The notes beneath the pieces were generated by a model, which had not been told where the DNA came from, did no database searches, and worked only from the letters and a program-made list of their open reading frames with translations. Below, piece by piece: positions 18,687 through 27,582 of a stretch of 64,000 nt of DNA (the stretch's first letter is position 1; every line of letters begins with the position of its first letter). Position numbers and translations under genes: made by a program. Source of the stretch: Candidatus Latescibacterota bacterium (lineage in GTDB: Bacteria; Latescibacterota; UBA2968; UBA8231); NCBI GenBank assembly GCA_965248265.1, contig CBDFJF010000002.1, positions 64,001 through 128,000 of the forward strand, read 5' to 3'.

Positions 18687-20113
18687 CCAACGCGGCCGCA
18701 GAAGATCAGGAATTCGCCATCATTATCCGCGAACACGGCAAAGCCCAGCAGGTACTGCTGAAGTACACCGTGATGATCCTGAATTTCGCCTACGGAATGC
18801 AGGTGGCGGTTTGCGACAATCTCAAGGAGGGCGTCACGCTGCTGCGTCGACGAGCCACAGCCGTCAAGGCCGTGTTCATCATCCACAACGACCGCATCCA
18901 GAGCAAGATGTTTCTGCAGGGATTCACGATGCAAGGAAAAGTCCCCCTCTTCATTCTGTGCCCGACGTCGATGCTGAGCCAACAGCTTCGCAGTTCTCGC
19001 GGGGTCGCGAAGGTCACACTCTGTGCCTGGGAGAAGGCGTTCGGCCAACGAGGACCCTCACTGGGCACCCTGGTGGACAAGGCCTTCAAGGAGACGAAGG
19101 TCGACGGGCTGGTCCAGGAGGGCGTCCCTCTTGACCAGATGCAGTCCCGGGTCGAGGTGCGCGTCCGCAACATGCGAACGTTGCCGGCGATGCCGGAGAT
19201 CGTCCTCAGGATCATGAAGCTGGTCGGGGACCCCAACTCCAGCGCTCAGGATATGGAGGACCTGCTGCTCAGCGATGCCGCCATCGTCGAAAAATTGCTA
19301 CAGGTGATCAACGCGCCCTTTTTCGGCGGCGCCGGCCACACGGGTGGCTGGACGCTGAAGGACGCCATTGTCCGCATGGGTTTGCAGAAGGTCGGGGCTG
19401 TGGCCCAGCAAGTGAAGATGATGAACTCCTTCGCCAAACCCGAAGACAGCAAGTTTGATCTGCGGCGTTTCTGGGAACACTCGGTGGGCAGTTCCATGCT
19501 CGCCGACAAGATCATCGAAAGCGAATTGGTCGAATTCGAAGGCACCATCGAGTTTGACGACTACTGGATTGGTGCCATCCTGCATGACGTCGGCAAGTTG
19601 ATTTTGGGACTGTTCTTCTGGGATTTCTTCGAGATGGTCCTGAATAACATGCAAGGCACCGGCGCCGGCGCGGCCGAGGCAAAGCAAGCGGTGGAGGGCG
19701 CGGAGAAGGAAGTCAAGGAAGGTGAGGAAGCCGCCAAGCAAGATGAGGTTACACCAGCGACCGGGATGCTATCCTTCCGTGATGCCGAAAACAAGTTGGC
19801 CGACACGCCCAATCACGAGCTGGTGGGTCAGCTGATGTTGATGAAATCGAACATCAAGGAAGAGCTCGTCCAGGTGGTGCAATCGCATCACGAAATCACC
19901 GCCTCGTCGCCAACCCTCGTCCGCCTGGTCCATCTCGTCGACAATATCAGCAAGGATCTGGGCATGGGTTACATTGAGGGTGAGCCTTCCAAGTACGACG
20001 AACAGGTGCTGGAAACGTTTGGACTCGATGAAGCCAAACTGACCAAGCTCAAGGAAACGCTGAACGAGTTTATCGTGCCGGAAATCAAGGCGATGGTCGG
20101 CAAGTGTCTGTGA
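18683..20113 (+). CDS. HDOD domain protein with an uncharacterised N-terminal domain
   Basis: LPAMPEIV.RIM, D..IVEKLL..IN, AIVRMG, FWEHSV and LHDVGKL; ATGA overlap with the FapA gene. Confidence 0.88.
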   Translation: MTNAAAEDQEFAIIIREHGKAQQVLLKYTVMILNFAYGMQVAVCDNLKEGVTLLRRRATAVKAVFIIHNDRIQSKMFLQGFTMQGKVPLFILCPTSMLSQQLRSSRGVAKVTLCAWEKAFGQRGPSLGTLVDKAFKETKVDGLVQEGVPLDQMQSRVEVRVRNMRTLPAMPEIVLRIMKLVGDPNSSAQDMEDLLLSDAAIVEKLLQVINAPFFGGAGHTGGWTLKDAIVRMGLQKVGAVAQQVKMMNSFAKPEDSKFDLRRFWEHSVGSSMLADKIIESELVEFEGTIEFDDYWIGAILHDVGKLILGLFFWDFFEMVLNNMQGTGAGAAEAKQAVEGAEKEVKEGEEAAKQDEVTPATGMLSFRDAENKLADTPNHELVGQLMLMKSNIKEELVQVVQSHHEITASSPTLVRLVHLVDNISKDLGMGYIEGEPSKYDEQVLETFGLDEAKLTKLKETLNEFIVPEIKAMVGKCL

Positions 20114-20201
20114 AGCGCCGGCGTGCCCCACGCCAGCGTGCCATTGAAGAGTCTTTGGGGAGCCGTCCCCTACAGCCTCGGCAACAACTAACCGCGAACC
20201 T

Positions 20202-21530
20202 ATGAACAAAGAACCAGAGCAGGAGTACGGCCTCATCATCCAGCAGGCCGGCAAAGCCCAGTACGTCCTGGCGAAGTTCGCAGTGCTGCTGCTCAACTAC
20301 CAATACGGCATTCATACCAAGATAGTTCAAGACTTCGTCGAGGCGGCCACGGCCTTTCGCGAACTGGGCGAACAGATCCGCTGCACGTTCGTCATCCAGA
20401 ACGAACCCATACGCAATCCAGCTGTCCTGATGGGCATGACTCGCCGTGACACCGTGCCGATGTTCCTTCTCGTTCCGGAGAAACTGATTGCCGAGCATCG
20501 CAAAATGGCAGTGAACCTGAACAAGGTCGAATTGTGCGCCTGGGAGGGGTTCTCCGGAAAGAAAGGCACCTCCTTACGTGAGCAAGTCGCCAAGGCGTTC
20601 AAGACCTTCGGCGTCACTGGCATGCTGGAGGGGTCGGAAGGCAAATCCTACGAGGAGCTGCAGCAGCTTGTCGAGATTAGGATTCGCGAGCTCAAGAGTC
20701 TGCCATCGCTACCTGAGGTCGTGATGCGGATCATGAAGATCGTCAACGATCCGGAGGGGTCGGTGAAGGATCTGGAGCAAGTCCTGTTCAGCGATCCGTC
20801 CATCGTACAGAAACTGTTGCAGGTTTTCAATTCCGCGGCGCTGTCGGGGGCAGCCCGCCAGAAGAAGTGGACCTTCAAGGAAGGAATCATGCGGCTTGGT
20901 ATGCGCAAGGTCGGGGCCATCGCGGCGCAAGTGAAAATGATGAACAGCTTTTCCCGGCCCGAGGACAGCAAGTTTGATCTGCGCGGGTTCTGGGAACATT
21001 CGGTGGGTTGCGCCATGGTGGCCGATGCCCTGTGCACCAAACGTCTGGTGACCTTAAAACGGGAAATCGAGTTCAACGACTATTGGGTGGCGGCCATCCT
21101 GCACGATGTTGGCAAGTTGATTCTCGGCTTTTATTTTTGGGACCAATTTGAACAGGTGCTCAACCACATGGGCAACGACGATTGCTCCTACCGGACGGCT
21201 GAGGAGAAGATCGAAGACATGCCAACACACGAGTACGTGGGCAGTCTGGTGATGCTCAAATCGAACGCCGGGGAAGAGCTTGTGGACGTGGTCGGTGGGC
21301 ATCACAGTTTCGGGCCGACGCCGCGCCCGTTAGCCTGCCTGGTTCACCTCTCCAACAATTTGATCAAGGACATGGGCCGCGGCTACGTTCCCGGTGAACC
21401 GGCGGAGTACGATCCTAAGGTTCTCAGCACACTCGGCCTCAACCAGGCCAAGGTGGAGCAAATCCGCGACCAGCTTGACGAAGAGCTCGAGGATCAGATC
21501 AATGAAATCGTCGAGCAGTGCATGGGCTGA
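20202..21530 (+). CDS. HDOD domain protein, tandem paralog of the previous gene
   Basis: LPSLPEVV, FWEHSVGCA and LHDVGKL; colinear similarity with 18683..20113 including the N-terminal domain. Confidence 0.88.
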   Translation: MNKEPEQEYGLIIQQAGKAQYVLAKFAVLLLNYQYGIHTKIVQDFVEAATAFRELGEQIRCTFVIQNEPIRNPAVLMGMTRRDTVPMFLLVPEKLIAEHRKMAVNLNKVELCAWEGFSGKKGTSLREQVAKAFKTFGVTGMLEGSEGKSYEELQQLVEIRIRELKSLPSLPEVVMRIMKIVNDPEGSVKDLEQVLFSDPSIVQKLLQVFNSAALSGAARQKKWTFKEGIMRLGMRKVGAIAAQVKMMNSFSRPEDSKFDLRGFWEHSVGCAMVADALCTKRLVTLKREIEFNDYWVAAILHDVGKLILGFYFWDQFEQVLNHMGNDDCSYRTAEEKIEDMPTHEYVGSLVMLKSNAGEELVDVVGGHHSFGPTPRPLACLVHLSNNLIKDMGRGYVPGEPAEYDPKVLSTLGLNQAKVEQIRDQLDEELEDQINEIVEQCMG

Positions 21531-21549
21531 GCCTGGGGGTCAATCCGCA

Positions 21550-21951
21550 ATGACAGACAGCCTCGACGGCCTGTTCGATCCTGACGAGTCTAAATCCGTA
21601 CTCATCGTCGACGACTCGGCGATGATGCGCACGGTGGTGCATGAGATTCTGGCGCCGCTTGGACACATGGTGCTGAAGGCTTCAAACGGTGAGGAGGCTG
21701 TCGACCTTGCCCGGCTTCGGCGACCCGATCTCATCCTTCTCGACTGGTTCATGCCCGGGTTGGACGGTCTTGGAGTGCTGAAGGAACTTCGCTCGATTCC
21801 AGAAACCCGGAGTATCCCAGTCTGTCTGCTCACCGTTTCGAAGGATCCGCAGGAGCTCAAGGGGGCAGTCGAGTATGGCGTAACCGACTATCTTTCGAAA
21901 CCAACGAATCCCACCAGGCTGCGGGAGAAGGTGCGCAAGTACCTGGGCTGA
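21550..21951 (+). CDS. Single-domain (CheY-like) response regulator
   Basis: VLIVDDS, LILLDWFMPGLDG (phosphoacceptor Asp), LLT and SKP; start trimmed to the ATG at 21550. Confidence 0.9.
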   Translation: MTDSLDGLFDPDESKSVLIVDDSAMMRTVVHEILAPLGHMVLKASNGEEAVDLARLRRPDLILLDWFMPGLDGLGVLKELRSIPETRSIPVCLLTVSKDPQELKGAVEYGVTDYLSKPTNPTRLREKVRKYLG

Positions 21952-22019
21952 TCCAGCGGCCAGAATCAGGTCAATGACCTGGTCTGCTTTCCCGATCAGT
22001 AGCGGAGTGTGTCCGTGTT

Positions 22020-22751
22020 CTAATATCGGATGACATACTCGAGCCCTATGCCAACACTGGTTTCCTCGCCCTGGCGAAACGCGTTGTAACGCTGTTCACC
22101 GACCAAGTGGAGGTGGTCAACGAGACGCACTCCAAGCTGAGTCTCTTCAACCCAATTGTGCTTCGTCCCGCCTTCCGGATCGATATTGTGGTCGGCGAAT
22201 CCAGCGACATAGACCCGGTTCGGCGAAAGGACCCACCTGAATACATGCTCAATCTGCCACTGACGACCGTCCACATGGTCGAACTGGACCGCATGAATAT
22301 CAATCCAATACACGACACGCGCGGCCTTGAGGAGTCTATGCAGCCGCGGTGTACTGTGAATCTTCCATCTCAACCCCAGTCGCAGCGCGTCGTTGCCTCT
22401 ACCCGAGCGCACCAATGCCTGCACCGTGAGTTGCAGTAAGTTGAGCGGCATGTCGCCGGGGATATTCCACCGCAGATTTTGTTCGGTGAGAAAATTGTCA
22501 GATTCCTTCAGTGCTGCGCGCTCTGAGTCGCGGCCGAAATTCGTCAGGCTAAAATACTGCAGTCCATGCCGGAGGTTGCCAAGCGCGTTGACGGTGACGG
22601 CATTGTCGGCGTCTACTTTGGTGTACGGATAGAGATTGAAATCCAGGAACCCCGTGTTCTCGTGAATCGTCTCTGCCCGGGCCTGCAGGGACAGAAGGAC
22701 TATCGAGATCGCTAAGCATGGTAACAGAAAGCGGATAGTCATGTTTCGCAT
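22020..22751 (-). CDS. Hypothetical outer-membrane beta-barrel protein (weakly Tsx/DUF5020-like)
   Basis: Signal peptide ending ARA, amphipathic strands and the C-terminal barrel signature GIGLEYVIRY. Confidence 0.6.
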   Translation of the reverse strand: MRNMTIRFLLPCLAISIVLLSLQARAETIHENTGFLDFNLYPYTKVDADNAVTVNALGNLRHGLQYFSLTNFGRDSERAALKESDNFLTEQNLRWNIPGDMPLNLLQLTVQALVRSGRGNDALRLGLRWKIHSTPRLHRLLKAARVVYWIDIHAVQFDHVDGRQWQIEHVFRWVLSPNRVYVAGFADHNIDPEGGTKHNWVEETQLGVRLVDHLHLVGEQRYNAFRQGEETSVGIGLEYVIRY

Positions 22752-22928
22752 GGGCTCTCCATGGGTATTGTCAAGCGGATCAATCGTAGTCATCCGCGGC
22801 CTTCGCTTTTGCGTGTCGATTTGCGTCGCCATGTTGTTGCGTGGGGTGGATGGCAGCTCCCCAATATAATCGTTGGTTGCACCCCAATAAAAATGATGCG
22901 ACGCAGTCTGAGCTGTCAGGCGCTTCGG

Positions 22929-24866
22929 TCACAGTGCCCCTCGGATGGCCTCCACGCGCTGACGAATCCCAGGCGCCACGGTGCGCGCCAGCTCAACGAC
23001 ATCGCTGGTGGCAACCCCTGCCGCTGCCAGTACCGCGTCGGGCACAAAGCGTTCGATTCCCTCCGCCGTGTCGCCGGTCTCGCCGCCGTGCAGCAGGCGG
23101 GTCAGCGGGAACGCGGCTTCCTCCGGGAAGGGTGCTATGCCACCGCCGATCAGGTCGGCCAGTGCAACCAGCTGTTCCAGAGGATGGTCGGGTGTGGGCT
23201 CATGATGATGCTCGACGACCCGGGACACATCCTCCCCGAGCTTCCAGCTTTCTGCCAGCAGCCGGCCGACAAGACAGTGGTTGGCCCCTCCGGCACAGGT
23301 CTCTTCAGCATATGACATCGGATACAGCCAGGTACCCGTCCGCAGTTCTTCAAGAATGAGGCGATACAGTCCGGGGTAGCTCTGAATCAAGGCTACCTTG
23401 CCGATGTCGTGCATCATGCCGGCGATGAAGGGATCCTGTCCCGGGTCAAGGGTGAAATACTCGCAGAGCTTCAGTCTCTCCAGCACCTCCACAGCCTGTT
23501 CGCTCAACTCGAAACTCTGCCAATCCTTCTGTTGTTCCGGTGTGCGTTCGTCCTCCTCAACGGGTAGGGTCAGCAGGCGCGCGGTCAGGGCCACCGTCAC
23601 GCTATGCGCCCAGTACTCATCTACAGAGAACTCCTGCTCTTGAACGCCCTGGAAGGATCGCATCACTGCCTCCGAGACGATCAGATCCTTCACGGCATCC
23701 TTGCCAAGCAGGATTACCGCCTTGCCCGTCTCATCGATTTCTCCCTGGAATCCGTAGATGGGGGAGCGCGCGCGTTTGATCACCACTGCACGGCTGAGGG
23801 GGTCGGTTTCGATCGCATCGATCCATTGTTGCATCTCGCTGTCGGGATCTCTGGAGAGTTTGACGATGTGGTCGAACACCTGCGGCATCACCGGCAGGAC
23901 CACGGTCATGCGGATGTCGATTTCGAGACGTTGTCGAATCTGTTCCGGCGAGGGCAGTTCGGAAGGGGGACCTTCATAAACTTTGGCGACAACATGCTCG
24001 GCGACGACCTGCTCCATGGCATTTGCATCGAGTCTGTCTCGCTCATAGAGCTCTACTCCCAATCGTTTCAGTCCAGCTCGCACCTTGTCGGGTATTTCCT
24101 CAGGATGTTCATGTACCAGCAAAACGCTCAAGTCGTCGCGTTTGTTGATGCTGGCCAGACGGGCGAGGGTAACGCCGCCGCCCGGTAGCATGGTTGTGAC
24201 CACGAGCGCCTTCACGCGCTTGCCCAGGGCATTGAGTTTCCTGCTGAGCGTGCCCGAATCGTCGTCCAGCCCTACTCCTACGGCGAAGTCAGGCGAGCCG
24301 GCATTGATGGCGCGCACAGCGTCGACGGTGTGGGCCATGGTATCGACGACACGAGCGTGTTCCGGCCGCATCAGTTGACCGGCCGCCGCCGCGTCTCCGA
24401 CCAGCATCAAGGCGTGGTCCTCCTCCCGATCAAGGGGATCCAGGCCGTCGACAATTTGGGTCACGCGTCGTTGGGTTATCCGCTCCAGGATGCCCGACAG
24501 CTGTTCCTGCAATTGCGACGAGGTGAACGGCTTGGCCAGGTAGCCGTCCACTCCAACCTCCAGGGCTTCAACCACGTCCTTGCGAGCTGCGCGTGACGAG
24601 AACAGGATAACCGGGATGTGTGCGTACTTTGGACTGGCGCGAACCTGTTTAATGAGCTGCAACCCATCCATGACGGGCATGTTCCAGTTCGTCAGCAGCA
24701 GGTCGAATCGCTGTGCCTGCAGCAATTGCAGCGCCTGCATCCCGTCATTGGCCGTGACCACGTCTTCATAGCCCAACCTTCGCAGCAGAGAGGCCACGAT
24801 TTTGCGCATGCCGACGGCGTCTTCGACCAGGAGAATTCTCAGGGGCGAACTCTGGGTCAAACTCAT
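22929..24866 (-). CDS. Receiver-domain plus HDOD-domain protein
   Basis: N-terminal ILLVED..LLLTNWNMP.MDG..KPF; C-terminal LPVMPQV, YWAHSV, MHDIGK and HHHEP. Confidence 0.88.
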   Translation of the reverse strand: MSLTQSSPLRILLVEDAVGMRKIVASLLRRLGYEDVVTANDGMQALQLLQAQRFDLLLTNWNMPVMDGLQLIKQVRASPKYAHIPVILFSSRAARKDVVEALEVGVDGYLAKPFTSSQLQEQLSGILERITQRRVTQIVDGLDPLDREEDHALMLVGDAAAAGQLMRPEHARVVDTMAHTVDAVRAINAGSPDFAVGVGLDDDSGTLSRKLNALGKRVKALVVTTMLPGGGVTLARLASINKRDDLSVLLVHEHPEEIPDKVRAGLKRLGVELYERDRLDANAMEQVVAEHVVAKVYEGPPSELPSPEQIRQRLEIDIRMTVVLPVMPQVFDHIVKLSRDPDSEMQQWIDAIETDPLSRAVVIKRARSPIYGFQGEIDETGKAVILLGKDAVKDLIVSEAVMRSFQGVQEQEFSVDEYWAHSVTVALTARLLTLPVEEDERTPEQQKDWQSFELSEQAVEVLERLKLCEYFTLDPGQDPFIAGMMHDIGKVALIQSYPGLYRLILEELRTGTWLYPMSYAEETCAGGANHCLVGRLLAESWKLGEDVSRVVEHHHEPTPDHPLEQLVALADLIGGGIAPFPEEAAFPLTRLLHGGETGDTAEGIERFVPDAVLAAAGVATSDVVELARTVAPGIRQRVEAIRGAL

Positions 24867-25109
24867 AGTCGGGAACATACGGACACGGTCGCGGCCGACA
24901 ACAGGCAATGCCTCTCGACTGCTACAGATTCTCGGGCGTTGACCTGCCGCAACCAGCGCGTCTTATTGTTGCGTATCGAGCCCCGCGACTCGTTTGCCAT
25001 CTCACGCTACGGTCTCATCATGGGACAGCCGGCCGAGGAGCCTATCATCAGATTGACCGAGATGAAGGAACCACTAACTCATAGCCAGTTCCACCAGGGT
25101 CGCGGGTAA

Positions 25110-26417
25110 ATGGTCGTGAGGCTCTGGCTTCGCATTGTAGCAGTGTCGGCAGTGGTACTGCCGTTCACGACCATCGATTCGGGCGCTGTACCTGGTACGT
25201 CCCAACAACTGCAAGTGGGCGGTAGTCTGCGGCTGCGGGGTGAGCTGAAAGAGGGCTTCGACTTCAGTGGCGGCGGCACGCAGGATTATTTCCTCACCCA
25301 ACTGCGGGTAAACCTGCGCTGGGAACCGGTCCACTGGATCTCCGTGTTCATCGAAGGGCAAGATGCCCGCGTGCTGGGGGAGTCCAGGTTGGCGACGCCG
25401 GCGATCAATCAGGAAGCCGTTCCCAATGTGTTCTCTGACCAGTTCGACTTGCATCAGGGGTATGCCGATATCCGCCACCGAGTTGCGGGCCAGCCGCTGA
25501 CCTTTCGTCTCGGTCGACAGAAGTTCAACCTGGGAGCCAAGCGTCTTGTCGCCTCGCTGGAGTGGGTGAACACGGCCAGGGTCTGGGATGGGGTGAGAGT
25601 TACTCTTGGCCAACCAAACCACAAGACCCTCGATTTGATTGCCTCACGGTTGGTGCCAGTCGATCCGGAGCATTTCAATGACTATGACAACACCCCAAGT
25701 AGGCTTTTCAACAGTCGCTTCTTCGCGGGCTATTACATCGACGAGGCCTCGATCCCCGAGGTGCGGTTCGAGGGTTACGTGCTGTTACGTGCGGAGGATC
25801 GCATTAACGACCAAGTATGGACCCTGGGGACTCGCTGGCAAACAGGAAGGGATCCCTGGGGCGCGGAGCTCGAAGCCGCCCTGCAGGGCGGAGAATACGG
25901 TGGTGTGGATCATCGCGGGTTGGCGTTGCATGCATGCGTTTCGCATCAAGCCTTGCGCCTCAACCGCAGCCGTTTCAGTCTGGCGTACAACTACGGTACC
26001 GGTGATGGCGATCCTGGTGATGACGAGCACTGGACCTTCGACAATCAGTACCCTCTCAGCCATGCCTACTACGGTTACATGGATCTGTTTTCTCTGCAGA
26101 ACTTGCACAATATCGAAACGACGGCGCAGACGTTGTGGCACGGAACTCGCTTGAGGCTGGCTTACCAGGCGTTCTGGATCGACGAGCCGGAAGCCGACGC
26201 GTGGTACAACGCGGGGGCAGACGTCGTGCGGTCCGCTTTTCCTGCGGATCCGCGCTCCTTCGTCGGCAGCGAAGTGGATTTCACCGCCAGCAGGACATTT
26301 GGCAAAGTGGTCTTTGAAGTCGGCATCAGTCATCTGTTCCCGGGAGGATACCTGGAGGACACGGGATCATCCGGCGCCGCGAACTTCGCCTACATCATGC
26401 AAAAAGTGAAGATCTGA
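25110..26417 (+). CDS. Alginate-export-family outer-membrane beta-barrel
   Basis: QDARV, DLHQGY, GRQ....G.KRLV...W.N..R.WDG, TFDNQYP..H.YYG.MD and GSEVD. Confidence 0.85.
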   Translation: MVVRLWLRIVAVSAVVLPFTTIDSGAVPGTSQQLQVGGSLRLRGELKEGFDFSGGGTQDYFLTQLRVNLRWEPVHWISVFIEGQDARVLGESRLATPAINQEAVPNVFSDQFDLHQGYADIRHRVAGQPLTFRLGRQKFNLGAKRLVASLEWVNTARVWDGVRVTLGQPNHKTLDLIASRLVPVDPEHFNDYDNTPSRLFNSRFFAGYYIDEASIPEVRFEGYVLLRAEDRINDQVWTLGTRWQTGRDPWGAELEAALQGGEYGGVDHRGLALHACVSHQALRLNRSRFSLAYNYGTGDGDPGDDEHWTFDNQYPLSHAYYGYMDLFSLQNLHNIETTAQTLWHGTRLRLAYQAFWIDEPEADAWYNAGADVVRSAFPADPRSFVGSEVDFTASRTFGKVVFEVGISHLFPGGYLEDTGSSGAANFAYIMQKVKI

Positions 26418-26457
26418 CTGAACAGGAATCCATCGGGTCCAGAAACGGAGAAAGCGA

Positions 26458-27582
26458 TTGAGACGGTGTGATGTCAAATGGGTCACCTACGGGATACTCC
26501 TTGTTGCTCTCGGCGTGCTCAGTTGTGACCGCGAAGAGGAAGGAGAGGGACGGCGTGGCGGTGGCAGGGGCGGAGGTTGGATGGGGCGTGGAGGCACTTC
26601 GGAAGGTCCAGCAGGAGCCTCAGTCCCCGTAAAGACTGAACTCGTCAGGCGCGAGACTATTACTAGCCACATCCAGGCCCATACTCGTCTGGAAGCCGAG
26701 ACCTGGGTCAGCGTCGTGGCCCGGGGCGAGGGCCTGGTGCAGGATCTGTTGAAGGAAGAGGGGGACGCGGTGCGCAAGGGGGATGTCCTCCTGCGACTGG
26801 AGAAGGATCAGTTGCGCCTGGTGGAGCGCCAGAGTGAGGTCGCCCTGGAACAGGCGCGAGCGGCCGAGGCACGAGTCAAGGCGCTCTACGAGAGGCAGCT
26901 CGTCAGCGACGAAGAGCGTGAGGGGGCTTCGCATCACTTGGAGACAGCGCGGGTGGCTCTCGAACAGGCGCGGCTGAATCTCAAATTCGCCGACATCCGC
27001 GCACCGCTTTCCGGCGTCGTCATGATACGCCGGGTCGAGCTCGCCGACATGGTGAGGTCCGGGGATGAAGTGTTCGCCGTCGCCGATCTGGACCCGCTCC
27101 TGGCCAGGGTGCGTGTGCCTGAAAAGGGGATGGGTCTGCTGCGATTGGGACAGATGGCGCAGATCCGTGTCGACGCGCTGGCCGGCAGGACTTTTCCGGC
27201 GCAGGTGCAGATGATCAATCCCGGGGTCGATCCCCAAAGCGGCACAGTGAAGGTGACCCTGGAGCTACTGTCCAGCGATCCGGTTTTGAAGCCCGGCATG
27301 TTCGTCAACGTCCGGATCATCACGGATGAACACGTGGACGCGCTCATTGTACCCAAAAAGGCCCTGGTCTTGGAAACGGACGAGGACGACGTCTACGTGG
27401 TCAATGAAGGCAAGGCCGAACGTCGCGTCTTGCAGCTTGGTTACGTCGACGACGAGCGAGTCGAGGTCGTGGATGGCCTCGCGTTTGGAGAGGCCGTCAT
27501 CACCATCGGGCACGAAGGGCTCAAGGATGGAACGTCCGTACGTGTGGTCGGCGCCAGCGAGCGAAGTGCTCAAAGTCGATGA
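26458..27582 (+). CDS. RND efflux periplasmic adaptor (MFP) subunit, lipoprotein
   Basis: Lipobox LSC, EEGD.V.KGDVL, IRAPLSG, LKPGMFV and GL..GE.VI. Confidence 0.92.
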   Translation: MRRCDVKWVTYGILLVALGVLSCDREEEGEGRRGGGRGGGWMGRGGTSEGPAGASVPVKTELVRRETITSHIQAHTRLEAETWVSVVARGEGLVQDLLKEEGDAVRKGDVLLRLEKDQLRLVERQSEVALEQARAAEARVKALYERQLVSDEEREGASHHLETARVALEQARLNLKFADIRAPLSGVVMIRRVELADMVRSGDEVFAVADLDPLLARVRVPEKGMGLLRLGQMAQIRVDALAGRTFPAQVQMINPGVDPQSGTVKVTLELLSSDPVLKPGMFVNVRIITDEHVDALIVPKKALVLETDEDDVYVVNEGKAERRVLQLGYVDDERVEVVDGLAFGEAVITIGHEGLKDGTSVRVVGASERSAQSR

